Assembly: GCA_016789705.1 (NCBI GenBank)
Contig: JAEUQR010000005.1
Location: 215,343 to 279,342, forward strand
DNA length: 64,000 nt
Source of the DNA: Acidobacteriota bacterium
Lineage (GTDB): Bacteria; Acidobacteriota; Vicinamibacteria; Vicinamibacterales; UBA2999
Direction: 5' to 3'
A program made the translations under genes and the position numbers. This document shows, one piece after another, positions 1 through 9,716 of this stretch. Within the stretch, counting starts at the first letter, position 1; each line of letters begins with the position of its first letter. Below the pieces are notes generated by a model. The model was not told the origin of the DNA and did no database searches. It was given only the letters and a program-made list of their open reading frames with translations.

Positions 1-360
1 CGCCTGCACGGGCCCTACATCTCCGAACAGGAGTCGGCGCGGCTCGCCAGCTTCCTGCGCAAGCAGGGCCGGCCGTCGTTCGACGAGAGCATCACCGCCG
101 ACGACAAGGCCGACAAGGCCGGCGGCATCGAATACGAGAAGGACGAACTCTACGACGAGGCGGCACGGATGGTCGTGCAGAGCGGCCAGGTGTCGATTTC
201 GTCGCTCCAGCGCAAGCTGCGGATCGGCTTCAGCCGCGCGGCGCGCCTCGTGGACATGATGGAAGCTGACGGCATCGTCTCGGGCGCCTCGGGCAGCAAG
301 CCGCGTGAGGTGCTCGTGGACCGCGGCTACTTCGAAGAGGTCGACGAGCACCTCCGGTGA
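1..360 (+). CDS. ftsK: DNA translocase FtsK, C-terminal fragment (5' end lies outside the window)
   Basis: Frame 1 is open from nt 1. The translation ...VVQSGQVSISSLQRKLRIGFSRAARLVDMMEADGIVSGASGSKPREVLV matches the FtsK gamma (winged-helix) domain. Stop TGA at 358-360. Confidence 0.8.
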   Translation, partial: RLHGPYISEQESARLASFLRKQGRPSFDESITADDKADKAGGIEYEKDELYDEAARMVVQSGQVSISSLQRKLRIGFSRAARLVDMMEADGIVSGASGSKPREVLVDRGYFEEVDEHLR

Positions 361-2426
361 TGACGCGCTCCACGTCCGCGCGCTTCGTGGCGGCTGCCCT
401 CGCGCTCGTCGTGTCGGCGGCGGCGCCGCTCGCCGCGCGTGCGCCGACGGCGCGCGAGCGCTACGAGACCGCGCAGCGCCGAGAAGCCGACGCCCGCGCG
501 GCCGTGGAACGTGTGGCGCCCACGGCGCCGACCGACGAGCTCGATCGCGTCGTGCGGCCGGCCCGGCGCGTCGTGACCGACTACGAAGGCGTGGTGCGAC
601 GCTTCCCCACCAGCGGCTACAGCGACAACGCGCTGTTGCAGGCGGCGGTGCTGTCGCAGCACCTCTACGCGCGCTTCGGCCGCGCCGCCGACCGCGTGGC
701 GGCGCAGAAATACTTCGACTGGCTGGTGCGCGAGTACCCGAACAGCCCGCTGCGCCGGCAGGCCCGCGCCGCCGTGCGCGCGCTCGCCACGATCGTGCCG
801 GCCTCGGAGAAGGCGCCGGACACCCGCACCGTGGCCACCGCGCCGGCGCGTCCGGCCGTGACGGCCCCGGCCCCGCCCGTGGAACGGCCCGCCGCCCCAG
901 TGGCCCCGGCCACGCCGGCGGCGGCATCCGCGAGCGCCGGCGTGCCGGCGGTGGCCACGCTGCGGGCCATCGAACGCGCCGTGCTCGATTCCACCGTCCG
1001 CATCACGCTCGCCCTCGATCGCGAGACGCCGTTTTCGCATGAGGTGCTTGCCGGCCCGCCGCGCGCGTTCGTGGACCTCTTCGGCGCCACCGCCGCCGAG
1101 CCGCTGCAGGATGCGGCGATCCGCTACGAGGCCGGCGCCGTGCGCCAGGTGCGCGTGGGCCGTCGTTCAGGGGCCGTGCGCGTGGTGCTCGACCTCGAAG
1201 GCGCCACCCCGGTCAGCGTGTTCACGCTCTACAACCCTTATCGTGTCGTCATCGATGCCGAACAGCCGGCTGCCGCGCGGTCGCGCACGCTGACGGCGGC
1301 AGGTTCCGCCGTGCCAACTCCGGCGTCAGCCCCTTCGGCGATCCCGCCCGCGATGCCCACGCCTGCCGTGCCGCCCGTGGTGGTGTCGATCGCCCCGTCC
1401 GCGCCGGTCGTGCCAGTCACGGTCGCTGCCGGGCCCGAGGTGCAGCTCGTGGACGAGCGGGACGTGGACCTGTCGCTGCGACCGGCGCCGCCGGAGACGG
1501 ACGAATTCGTCGCGGCGCCAGCGCTGACAGCGCCGCCGGCGGCCGCACCAGCCGGCGGCGCGTCGCCCGCGGTCGGTCCGGCGCCCGGCGTGTCGGTCGC
1601 CGCGCGCCCGGTCGTCGAACCCGTGCCTTCGGCGCCGGAGCCCGCCCGGCTGCCTGTCCCGCCGAGCACGCCGGCCCCCACGGTACCGGCCGCCAACACC
1701 GACGGGAGCTTCTCGCTGGCGCGCCAGCTCGGTCTGGGGATCTCGCGGATCGTCATCGACGCGGGTCACGGCGGGCACGATCCCGGCACGCTCACCTCCG
1801 GCACCAACGAGGCCCGCCTGGTGCTCGACGTGGCGCTGCGGCTCGAGAAGCTGCTCGCGAAGGACGGCTTCGACGTGGTGCTCACCCGCCGCACCGACAC
1901 GTTCATCCCGCTCGAGCAGCGCACGGCCATCGCCAATCGCGAAGGCGCGGATCTGTTCCTGTCGATTCACGCGAACGCGAGCCGGGATCCCAAGGCGCGC
2001 GGCATCGAGGTCTACTATCTCAGCTTCGCCTCGAACCCGGAGGCCGAAGCCGTGGCGGCGCGTGAGAACGCCACGTCCGCAGGGGGCATGCACAACCTGC
2101 CGGGCATCGTGCGGGCGATTGCGCTCAACAACAAACTCGATGAGTCGCGCGACCTCGCGGCCATGGTGCAGCAGTCGCTGACGGCGCGACTCTCGAAGAC
2201 CAACGCCGGCCTGCGCAGCCGCGGCGTGAAGAAGGCGCCGTTCGTCGTGCTCATCGGCGCGCAGATGCCGAGCATTCTGGCGGAGATCGGGTTCATCACG
2301 AATCGCCAGGAAGTGGCGCTCATCAAGACGCCGGCCTACCGGCAGAAGATCGCCGAGTCGCTGCAGGCCGCCGTCGCGCAGTACCGCCGGTCGCTCAAGC
2401 GGCAGACCGCCGTCGCCACGCGCTGA
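357..2426 (+). CDS. N-acetylmuramoyl-L-alanine amidase (Amidase_3) with an AMIN-like domain and an N-terminal YbgF/CpoB-like TPR segment
   Basis: 689-aa ORF. C-terminal IVIDAGHGGHDPGT...LFLSIHANA...LAEIGFITN are Amidase_3 motifs. A central beta-rich AMIN-like segment (VRITLALD...VRVVLDL...YRVVIDA) is followed by a long Pro/Ala linker. The N-terminus looks signal-like. Start is GTG 357 or ATG 360, overlapping the ftsK stop. Confidence 0.85.
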   Translation: MMTRSTSARFVAAALALVVSAAAPLAARAPTARERYETAQRREADARAAVERVAPTAPTDELDRVVRPARRVVTDYEGVVRRFPTSGYSDNALLQAAVLSQHLYARFGRAADRVAAQKYFDWLVREYPNSPLRRQARAAVRALATIVPASEKAPDTRTVATAPARPAVTAPAPPVERPAAPVAPATPAAASASAGVPAVATLRAIERAVLDSTVRITLALDRETPFSHEVLAGPPRAFVDLFGATAAEPLQDAAIRYEAGAVRQVRVGRRSGAVRVVLDLEGATPVSVFTLYNPYRVVIDAEQPAAARSRTLTAAGSAVPTPASAPSAIPPAMPTPAVPPVVVSIAPSAPVVPVTVAAGPEVQLVDERDVDLSLRPAPPETDEFVAAPALTAPPAAAPAGGASPAVGPAPGVSVAARPVVEPVPSAPEPARLPVPPSTPAPTVPAANTDGSFSLARQLGLGISRIVIDAGHGGHDPGTLTSGTNEARLVLDVALRLEKLLAKDGFDVVLTRRTDTFIPLEQRTAIANREGADLFLSIHANASRDPKARGIEVYYLSFASNPEAEAVAARENATSAGGMHNLPGIVRAIALNNKLDESRDLAAMVQQSLTARLSKTNAGLRSRGVKKAPFVVLIGAQMPSILAEIGFITNRQEVALIKTPAYRQKIAESLQAAVAQYRRSLKRQTAVATR

Positions 2427-2427
2427 A

Positions 2428-2445
2428 CCGGCGCGTCCGCGCCGG
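2428..2445. terminator. GC-rich inverted repeat between convergent genes (possible bidirectional terminator)
   Basis: ccggcgcg-tc-cgcgccgg lies directly after the amidase stop (2424-2426). There is no clear U-tract. Confidence 0.3.
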
Positions 2446-2455
2446 CCCGCCACCG

Positions 2456-2620
2456 CTACTCCCGCAGGAAGTTGTGGTTGTTGCCGCGCGCTTCGATGGT
2501 CGTGACGGCGCGGCCCTTGCGGAACCAGACGTAGGTGGCGCCGACGAGCAGTCCGGCCAGGAGCGCGCCGGCCATGATGAGCCCGGTGAGGTGGAACGCC
2601 GACACCGTGACGTCGATCAT
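2456..2620 (-). CDS. small single-pass membrane protein (hypothetical)
   Basis: ATG 2620 is preceded by GAGGT with a 5-nt spacer. The 54-aa product MIDVTVSAFHLTGLIMAGALLAGLLVGATYVWFRKGR... has one hydrophobic helix. The ORF track extends it to GTG 2704. No family recognised. Confidence 0.35.
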   Translation of the reverse strand: MIDVTVSAFHLTGLIMAGALLAGLLVGATYVWFRKGRAVTTIEARGNNHNFLRE

Positions 2621-2724
2621 GCTGACCTCACGCGTGGGTTCCTGCGCGCCGGTGCGGTACACCGGCGTGACGGCGATCGCTTCGGGCGGCGCGCTCTGGT
2701 TCACATCCCGATTCTATCAGCCCC

Positions 2725-4209
2725 TCACGAGGGCAGCTCGCCGGCGGCCAGCTCGACGAGCGTGCGCACCATGACGCCCGACGCCCCCTTGGTGGCCCAC
2801 GGCTTGGCGTCGTCATTCCAAGCGGTGCCGGCGATGTCGAGATGCGCCCAGGGCGTCTCGCCGACGAACTCGCGCAGGAACACCGCCGCGGAGATCGCCC
2901 CCGCGGCCCGCCCCCCGCTGTTCACCATGTCGGCGATTTCGCTCTTCATGATGTCCTTGTATTCGGGGCCCATCGGCAGTTCCCACACCGCCTCGCCGGC
3001 CCGGGCGGCCGCCTGGCGCACCCGGTCGGTGAAGGCCGGCACGGTTCCGAAGAGTCCGGAGGTGACCTTGCCGAGCGCCACGACACACGCGCCGGTCAGC
3101 GTCGCAACGTCCACGAGATGCGTGGCCCCCTTCCGCCGGGCGTACCACAGGCCATCGCCGAGAACGAGACGGCCTTCGGCGTCGGTGTTGTTCACCTCGA
3201 CGGTGATGCCGGCGGCACCACGGATGACGTCCCCCGGCTTGAGCGCCTTGCCGCCGGGCATGTTCTCGGTCGTCGGCACGACGGCGACGACACGACGCGG
3301 GATACCGAGCCGCGCGATGGCGCGCACGGCGCCGATGACGGCGGCGGCACCCGCCATGTCGTCCTTCATGCGGTCCATGCCGTCGGCCGGTTTGATCGAG
3401 ATGCCACCAGTGTCGAAGGTGATGCCCTTGCCCACGAGCCCGAGCACCGGGCCGTCGGTGATGCCGGGCGGCGTGTAGGTGAGGCACAGCAGGCGCGGCG
3501 GTTCGGCGGACCCGCGCGCCACGCCCAGCAGCAACCCCATGCCCAGGGCCTCGATCTTCTCGGGGCCGAGCACCTCGGCGTGCACACCGGGTTCGGCGGT
3601 GAGGGCCACGGCGCGATCCGCGAGCTCGCGCGGCGTGAGCACGTTGCCCGGTTCGTTCGTGAGGAGGCGGGCCGCGTTGACCGCTTCGCCGATGACGAGC
3701 CCCCGTTCGAGTGCGGCGTGCTGCCCGCTCGCCACGAGGACGGTCGCCTCGGTCACCGGCGGTGCCGGCGCGATGGCCTTGAGGTGACCGTGATTGAAGT
3801 TCGCAACCACGACCGCCTCGGCAGCGATGGCCGTGAGCGTGTCGACGTCGGCCGTCAGGTTCGAGAGATCGATGGCCAGCCGGCCGCAGCGGTGTTCGCG
3901 CGCCCAGTGCGCCGCCGTGGCCACCGCGCGCCGCATACGGTCCGGTGTCAGCGGCCCGGCGCCGGCGCCGACGACGAGGCAACGGCAGCCGGCGCCCGTG
4001 GAGCCGGCGACGAGCACATGGCCGAGGTCGACGATCGCTTCACCGCGGGTCAGGGCGGCGTCGAATTCGCCGCGAGCCCCCGCCGGCAGGCGCGGACGGA
4101 AGGCATCGGCCGGCTCACCTGCGTACAGCACCGCCACCACGTCAGTCGACACGGCGTCCGGCGTCGTCGTGACGGCGCGCAACAGGGGTAGCTCGAACGG
4201 ACTGTGCAT
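2725..4209 (-). CDS. pepA: leucyl aminopeptidase (peptidase M17)
   Basis: M17 signature NTDAEGRLVLGD and KGITFDTGGISIKP. Start chosen at ATG 4209 (MHSPFELPL), which is preceded by GAGG. The ORF-track start at 4296 is an in-frame upstream alternative. Confidence 0.9.
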   Translation of the reverse strand: MHSPFELPLLRAVTTTPDAVSTDVVAVLYAGEPADAFRPRLPAGARGEFDAALTRGEAIVDLGHVLVAGSTGAGCRCLVVGAGAGPLTPDRMRRAVATAAHWAREHRCGRLAIDLSNLTADVDTLTAIAAEAVVVANFNHGHLKAIAPAPPVTEATVLVASGQHAALERGLVIGEAVNAARLLTNEPGNVLTPRELADRAVALTAEPGVHAEVLGPEKIEALGMGLLLGVARGSAEPPRLLCLTYTPPGITDGPVLGLVGKGITFDTGGISIKPADGMDRMKDDMAGAAAVIGAVRAIARLGIPRRVVAVVPTTENMPGGKALKPGDVIRGAAGITVEVNNTDAEGRLVLGDGLWYARRKGATHLVDVATLTGACVVALGKVTSGLFGTVPAFTDRVRQAAARAGEAVWELPMGPEYKDIMKSEIADMVNSGGRAAGAISAAVFLREFVGETPWAHLDIAGTAWNDDAKPWATKGASGVMVRTLVELAAGELPS

Positions 4210-4305
4210 CTCTGAACCTCGTGCCGGGGGGAGACAGCTAGGCAGTCTAACATCGTGCTGCCGGGCTGGCGTCTGGACCCCGCCGATTCCGTGCACGCGT
4301 GCGCG

Positions 4306-5643
4306 TCAGCGCGCGAGCGGGAGCAGCCAGAACGCCATCGAGACGACCACGCTGATGACGGCGAAACACAGCGCGGCGTAGCCCATGATGTCGCGGAAGC
4401 CGAGCCGCGCCGCGGCCAGGAGCGGCAGCGCCCAGAAGGGCTGGATGAGGTTCGACGCCATGTCCCCCCAGGCGTAGGCCAGGATCACTTCGTCGAGGCC
4501 GACGCCGATCTGTCGTGCGGCGTCGATGATGAACGGCGCTTCGACGGCCCACTTGGAGCCGCCCGACGGCACGAAGTAGTTGAGGACGCTCGAGTACCAG
4601 TACAACGCGAGCGGCAGCGTGTCGGCCGTGGCGGTGCGTGCGATTGTATCGCCCAGCACCCGTGCCAGGCCCGTGCCCTCGATGACGCCGTACATCCCGG
4701 CGTAGAGCGGAAACTGCAGGAGGACGCCGGCCAGGAGCCGCGCCCCCTGCTCCCCTGCCGCCATCACCGACGCGAGCCGGCCGTGGAGCACGATGGCGGT
4801 CATGAGAAAGATGAAGTTCAGCACGTCGAGCGTGAGCTGCGGTCCCGACGTGCGCACGTGCCACACGAGCCACGCCGTGCCCATGGCGCCGAGCGCATAG
4901 GGCAGCACGCGTGTGTGATCGCACCACGCCGCGAACGAGCGGCCGGCCGGCGCGTCAGGCGGGTTGAAGCGCTCGAGCGCGTCGAGCGCCTCCGGTGACA
5001 CGGCGACGGCGTCGGCGGCCGGGGGATGCAGGCGCCAGACCATCACCGCCATCACCGCCGCGATCGTCGCCGTCAGCGCCAGGTTGAATGGCGCGAAGGT
5101 CGTCGCGGAGAGCGGCACGAGGCCGGTCGTCTTCTCGAGGAAGTGCCCCGGCGAGGCCATGAGCAACGGCACCGAGCCGCTGAGGCCGGCATGCCACGTC
5201 GTGCCCATCCCCAGGTAGGCCGCCGTCACGAGCAGGCGGAAATCCACGCGTGGCTGCGCCCGCGCGATGTGCCGCACGAGCATCGCCGACCCGACGAGGC
5301 TGAGGCCCCAGTGCAGCCATGCCAGCAGCATCGAGACCACGGCCATGAGCGTGGCGGCGCTGGCGGGTGAACCGGCCCGGCGGGCCACCGCGCGGAACAG
5401 GCGGTCGACGACCGGAGCCGTGGACACGAGGAAGCCCGTGAGCACCACGAGCGCCATCTGCATGGCGAACGGGCTCAGCGCCCAGAAGCCGCGGCCCCAC
5501 GCGACCAACGTTTGCCCGGGCGTGGCGCCGATGGCCACGGCGCCGGCGAAGGTGACGCCGGTGAGCAGCACAGCAATGGCGAACGCGCTCGGAACATAGC
5601 GCTCCGCAGCGGTGGCAAGCAGCGTGGCGACGCGGGCGAGCAC
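4306..5643 (-). CDS. atoE: short-chain fatty acid transporter (AtoE family)
   Basis: 445-aa polytopic membrane protein. The N-terminus ...AAERYVPSAFAIAVLLT... and the overall length and pattern are typical of AtoE/TIGR00366. Confidence 0.75.
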   Translation of the reverse strand: MLARVATLLATAAERYVPSAFAIAVLLTGVTFAGAVAIGATPGQTLVAWGRGFWALSPFAMQMALVVLTGFLVSTAPVVDRLFRAVARRAGSPASAATLMAVVSMLLAWLHWGLSLVGSAMLVRHIARAQPRVDFRLLVTAAYLGMGTTWHAGLSGSVPLLMASPGHFLEKTTGLVPLSATTFAPFNLALTATIAAVMAVMVWRLHPPAADAVAVSPEALDALERFNPPDAPAGRSFAAWCDHTRVLPYALGAMGTAWLVWHVRTSGPQLTLDVLNFIFLMTAIVLHGRLASVMAAGEQGARLLAGVLLQFPLYAGMYGVIEGTGLARVLGDTIARTATADTLPLALYWYSSVLNYFVPSGGSKWAVEAPFIIDAARQIGVGLDEVILAYAWGDMASNLIQPFWALPLLAAARLGFRDIMGYAALCFAVISVVVSMAFWLLPLAR

Positions 5644-5682
5644 GCGGCCATTGTAGCCGCGCGGCCGGCGCCGCCGCGGCGC

Positions 5683-7083
5683 CTAGAGGACCGCCGACGG
5701 CTCGACGACCGGTTCAGCCGGCAGCGGCGGCACCGGTGGCGGCACGACGGCCCAGCGTCCGAGCCCCGTCATCACCGCCGCGCCGAGTCCCACCGTCCAG
5801 GCGACGTACTCGACGACCGTCCCGACGACGAGCAGGGCGACCGCGATGGCGCGCAAGGCCTCGGGCCCGACCCCGGCCAGGCGCGCCAGGAACGTCGGCA
5901 GGACGAGGATGACGAGCCCGGCGAGCACCGCGACGACGGTGTCGTGCCCAGTGACGTGTCGGCCGAGCCGCGCGGCGAGACTCGTGAAGCCGAGCACCAT
6001 CGTCGCGAGCATCGCCAGCACCGCCAGCGGCACCACGACGGCGACGAACGGCAGGCCCACGATGGTGATGGCCATCACGATGGTCACGACGATGAGCGCC
6101 GGCACGAAGACGGCCTGCGCGGCCAGGCCGATGAGGCCGGCGCGCACGGGCGAGGCCGCGGCGGCGGCGCCGATCCGGACCACGCGCCCACGCGCGAAGA
6201 ACGCGAGCGCCGCCATCGTGAATGCGAGCAGGACGATTCGCGTGGTCGTGCCGGCTAGCGGCAGCCAGCTCGCGGCGCCGCCCGGTTCGAACCGGGACCA
6301 GCCGAGCGAGGGCCACGACCAGCGTGGCCACGAGGCGCCCTCCGCGTGGTGCACGGCGCCGGTGTGGCGGGCCCCCTCGGCAATCGAGAGCGTCCCGCCG
6401 ACGACGGTCAGGTCGCCGCGGACGTCGGCGGTGGGCGCGAGGGTGAGATCACTGCCGATAACCACGACGCCGTCGCGCACGCGTCCGTCGATGCGCACGC
6501 TGCCGCCGAGGGAGAACACCCCGTCGGTCACCTCCTCGTCCGCGGCCACCACGATCGGCTTGGCCACGCCGAGTCGCGCGCCGGTCCGGTGGAACACGGG
6601 CTGCGCCTCGGCCGGTGACGGACGGTCGAATACGGGCGGCGCCGGGGGCACGGCAGCCGCCGCGGGTGTCGAGGGTACGGGCGGTGTCGGTGCGGCGGGC
6701 GCCGAGGCGCCCGATGCCGGCGCGGCGAACAGCCGGCGCAGGGCGTCGTTGTCGAGATACGAGAGCCGCAGCACGAGGTCCGCGTCGGCGCCGAAGCGTC
6801 GTCGCAGTTCCTCGCCCGAGAGCGGTACGCCACGGCTCAGCACCACGCCGCGATCGATCTCAAGACGGCGGTCGGCGGATCGTCCGACCAGGGCGATGCC
6901 GTCGCGCAGCGGCACGACTTCGAATCGTGCCTCCACCTGCCGCCGCAGCGCCTCGTCTGCGACCGTGGGTGCGGGCTGCTCTGCGGCGCGCACCGAGATG
7001 ACGGCCGAGAGCGCCGCGAGCGCCAGCACGACGCGCATGGCGCGCACGGCGCGACTTCCCCTTCGCGATGTCCCTGTGGCCAT
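5683..7083 (-). CDS. hypothetical membrane protein with a bactofilin-like (polymer-forming, beta-helix) segment and a C-terminal multi-TM region
   Basis: Signal-like MRVVLALAALSAVISVRAAEQ, then a Pro-rich linker. The repeat-like segment VTDGVFSLGGSVRIDGRVRDGVVVIGSDLTLAPTADVRGDLTVVGGTLSIAEGA is followed by about 6 hydrophobic helices. Start is ATG 7083; ATG 7038 is an alternative. Confidence 0.6.
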   Translation of the reverse strand: MATGTSRRGSRAVRAMRVVLALAALSAVISVRAAEQPAPTVADEALRRQVEARFEVVPLRDGIALVGRSADRRLEIDRGVVLSRGVPLSGEELRRRFGADADLVLRLSYLDNDALRRLFAAPASGASAPAAPTPPVPSTPAAAAVPPAPPVFDRPSPAEAQPVFHRTGARLGVAKPIVVAADEEVTDGVFSLGGSVRIDGRVRDGVVVIGSDLTLAPTADVRGDLTVVGGTLSIAEGARHTGAVHHAEGASWPRWSWPSLGWSRFEPGGAASWLPLAGTTTRIVLLAFTMAALAFFARGRVVRIGAAAAASPVRAGLIGLAAQAVFVPALIVVTIVMAITIVGLPFVAVVVPLAVLAMLATMVLGFTSLAARLGRHVTGHDTVVAVLAGLVILVLPTFLARLAGVGPEALRAIAVALLVVGTVVEYVAWTVGLGAAVMTGLGRWAVVPPPVPPLPAEPVVEPSAVL

Positions 7084-7118
7084 GCCACCTCCCGGCGGGC
7101 GACGTCGCGCCCGTCTCG

Positions 7119-7526
7119 TCACGTACGGACGAGGCTGAGGCTGGCGAAGTTCCCGTCCACGAGGCGCCACGCGGCCACGGCCGGCGCCGGCGCGAGACCG
7201 ACGATCATGTACACGAACTCCGGCGTGGCCTCGGCCCGGTCGGTCGGCGACGGCTCGGGCGGCCCGGCCGGGTGGGAGTGATAGGCCCCGATGACGGCCA
7301 GACCTTCGCGGCGCGCCTCCCGCAGTGCGCTGAAGTGGTCCGCCGGGTCGATCGTGTAGCGCGCGGGCGAGGCGTCCACGTTGCGCGCCGGCACGATCCG
7401 GCGCACCTCCTGCCCGCGGCCGATGAGGAGCCCGCAGGCTTCGCGCGGCGCGGCGGCCATGGCCTCGGCTACGAGGGCGTCCAGGCAGGACGCGGGAAGG
7501 GTCAGCGTCGTGGCCGCCGCCTCCAC
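7119..7526 (-). CDS. Mov34/MPN/PAD-1 (JAMM) family metalloprotease
   Basis: E...HSHPAGPPEPSPTD JAMM motif (ACGLLIGRG...GAYHSHPAGPPEPSPTD). Start chosen at GTG 7526, 8 nt after the scoB stop. The upstream part of the ORF-track product is Arg-rich junk. Confidence 0.75.
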   Translation of the reverse strand: MEAAATTLTLPASCLDALVAEAMAAAPREACGLLIGRGQEVRRIVPARNVDASPARYTIDPADHFSALREARREGLAVIGAYHSHPAGPPEPSPTDRAEATPEFVYMIVGLAPAPAVAAWRLVDGNFASLSLVRT

Positions 7527-7534
7527 AGACGTGC

Positions 7535-8182
7535 CTAGAACGTGCCGAGCGGCGAGGCAGTCGTGAGCGGAGCCGCGGTGGCGGCGCGCACGGCGCCTTC
7601 GGTCGTGCCGTCCGCGATCTCGCGCAGCACGAGCCCGCCGGGCGTCACCTCGATGACCGCGAGTTCGGTGACGATGAGGTCGACGACGCCCTGGCCGGTC
7701 AGCGGCAGCGTGCACTGCGGCAGGATCTTCGAGCCGCCGTCCTTCGTCGTGTGCTCCATGGCGATGATGACCCGGCGGGCGCCGGCCACGAGATCCATCG
7801 CGCCGCCCATGCCCTTCACCATCTTGCCGGGCACCATCCAGTTGGCGAGGTTGCCGTGTGCGTCCACTTCCAGCGCGCCGAGCACGGTGACATCGATGTG
7901 CCCGCCGCGGATCATGGCGAACGAATCGGCACTGCTGAAGTAGCTCGTGCCCGGCAGTTCAGTGACGGTCTCCTTGCCGGCGTTGATGAGGTCGGCATCG
8001 ACCTCGTCCTCGGTGGGATACGGCCCCACGCCGAGCATGCCGTTCTCGGAGTGCAGCGTGATCTCGATACCCGGCGGCAGGAAGTTGGCGACCAGTGTCG
8101 GCATGCCGATGCCGAGGTTCACGTAGTCGCCGTCCTTCAGTTCGCGGGCGACGCGGCGGACGATGCGTTCGCGGATGTCCAT
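7535..8182 (-). CDS. scoB: 3-oxoacid CoA-transferase subunit B
   Basis: [34 protein letters not shown]...LHSENGMLG is the typical subunit B (AtoA/ScoB/PcaJ) N-terminus. ATG verified at 8180-8182. Confidence 0.9.
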   Translation of the reverse strand: MDIRERIVRRVARELKDGDYVNLGIGMPTLVANFLPPGIEITLHSENGMLGVGPYPTEDEVDADLINAGKETVTELPGTSYFSSADSFAMIRGGHIDVTVLGALEVDAHGNLANWMVPGKMVKGMGGAMDLVAGARRVIIAMEHTTKDGGSKILPQCTLPLTGQGVVDLIVTELAVIEVTPGGLVLREIADGTTEGAVRAATAAPLTTASPLGTF

Positions 8183-8184
8183 GG

Positions 8185-8877
8185 TCAGCCCCTCACCGTG
8201 CGCTTCTCGATCCTGCGGCTGAAGGCCGTGCCCTGGAAGATCCGCTTCACGAAGATCCCGGGCGTATGCACGTGGTCGGGCACGATCCGCCCCGCCTCGA
8301 CGAGATGTTCGACCTCGGCGACCGTGACCCTGGCGGCGGTGGCCATCATCGGATTGAAATTGCGCGTCGTGCGGCGGTAGACGAGGTTGCCGGCGGTGTC
8401 CCCGGTCCACGCCTTCACGAACGCGAAGTCGGCGGTGAGGCCGCGTTCCATCACGTACAGCCGCCCGTCGAACTCGCGGACGTCCTTGCCCTCGGCCACG
8501 ACGGTGCCGACGCCGGTGGGCGTGAAGAAGGCCGCGATTCCGGCGCCTCCCGCGCGGATGCGTTCCGAGAAGGTGCCCTGCGGCACGAGTTCGACCTCGA
8601 TCTCCTTCTGGAGATACTGCCGTTCGAATTCCTTGTTCTCACCGACGTAGGTCGAGATCATCTTGCGGATCTGGCGGGCCCTGAGCAGGATGCCGACGCC
8701 GTGGTCGTCGGTGCCGGCGTTGTTGCTCACGATCGTGAGATCGCGCACGCCCTTCCTGTGCAGCGCGGCGATGAGGTGCTCGGGTACGCCGCACACGCCG
8801 AACCCGCCCATCATGATGGTGGCGCCGTCGAAGACGGTCTCGACCGCCTGGTCGGCATCGCGCACGACTTTCTGCAT
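8185..8877 (-). CDS. scoA: 3-oxoacid CoA-transferase subunit A
   Basis: [39 protein letters not shown]...LTIVSNNAG is the typical subunit A (AtoD/ScoA/PcaI). ATG verified at 8875-8877. Confidence 0.9.
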   Translation of the reverse strand: MQKVVRDADQAVETVFDGATIMMGGFGVCGVPEHLIAALHRKGVRDLTIVSNNAGTDDHGVGILLRARQIRKMISTYVGENKEFERQYLQKEIEVELVPQGTFSERIRAGGAGIAAFFTPTGVGTVVAEGKDVREFDGRLYVMERGLTADFAFVKAWTGDTAGNLVYRRTTRNFNPMMATAARVTVAEVEHLVEAGRIVPDHVHTPGIFVKRIFQGTAFSRRIEKRTVRG

Positions 8878-8884
8878 GCCGCGA

Positions 8885-9712
8885 TTATAGCGGGGGCAGG
8901 CGCCGGCGGCCGGCATTCGCGGCCGCGAAGAGCGCGCGAACCGCGGCAGGGTCGTCGAGCTGGTCGGCCAGGGAGAGGAGCCGCGCCGCCGTGGCGCGCA
9001 CGAGCGGCGCGAGCCGGTCGGCATTGGACGCGAAGACCGGCTGCCACATGCCCACCGGACCTTCGGCGATCCGCGTCGAATCGCGCAGTCCGCCAGCCGC
9101 CGCGGCCAGTGCCGCATCGTCGGCGGCCTCCGCCACGGTGGCCATGAGCACGCTCGCGACCGCCTGGGGCAGATGGCTGATGGCCGCGACGGTGGCGTCG
9201 TGGCTGTCGGGGTCGGTCTCGATCACGCGGGCGCCGCAGCCGTCGGCGAGCGCCCTGGCGAGGGCGACCGGGCCTTCCGGCGCGTCGCCGCGCGTCAGGA
9301 ACCACGGACGGTCATCGAAGAGCGTCGCGCGCGCGTGCTCGGCTCCCGGCCGGGAGCCGCCGGCCATCGGATGGCCGCCGACGAAGCCCGTGAGTCCCGC
9401 CGCCGCAGCCTCCAGGTGCGGGCGGCGCTTCACACTGCCCACGTCGGTCACCGCGCTGCCCGGCGCCTCGCGGGCGAGACGCCGCATGCACGCGGCATAG
9501 GCATCGACGGGCACCGCCAGGACCGCCAGATCGAACGCGGGCAGTGGCGCCTCCGGGTCGAGGTGGACGTCGAACGGCGCGTGCGAACGCGTCGTGGCAT
9601 CCAGGGCGGTCAGATGCACGCCGGGCCAGCGGCGCTTCGCCGCGAGTGCCACCGACGTGCCGAGCAGGCCCGCGCCGACGACGAGCAGGCGGCCGAACGG
9701 CATGGCCGTCAC
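8885..9712 (-). CDS. tyrA: prephenate dehydrogenase
   Basis: Rossmann motif LLVVGAGLLGTS, then GGHPMAG and the HD..VA.ISHLP pattern of the TyrA family. Start is GTG 9712; ATG 9703 is an alternative. Confidence 0.85.
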   Translation of the reverse strand: MTAMPFGRLLVVGAGLLGTSVALAAKRRWPGVHLTALDATTRSHAPFDVHLDPEAPLPAFDLAVLAVPVDAYAACMRRLAREAPGSAVTDVGSVKRRPHLEAAAAGLTGFVGGHPMAGGSRPGAEHARATLFDDRPWFLTRGDAPEGPVALARALADGCGARVIETDPDSHDATVAAISHLPQAVASVLMATVAEAADDAALAAAAGGLRDSTRIAEGPVGMWQPVFASNADRLAPLVRATAARLLSLADQLDDPAAVRALFAAANAGRRRLPPL

Positions 9713-9716
9713 GGCC

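Noticed and set aside
4210-4296. The upstream in-frame extension of pepA (ORF-track start at 4296), and similar long N-terminal extensions in the track for trpE, trpB, scoA, scoB, the MPN gene, uvrB, mlaF, greA, the anti-sigma gene and others.
   Set aside because: The extensions are Arg-rich and non-homologous, and they overlap the 3' ends of upstream genes. Internal ATG/GTG codons coincide with the family-typical N-termini, often with ATGA-type coupling or an SD. I therefore used the shorter models.
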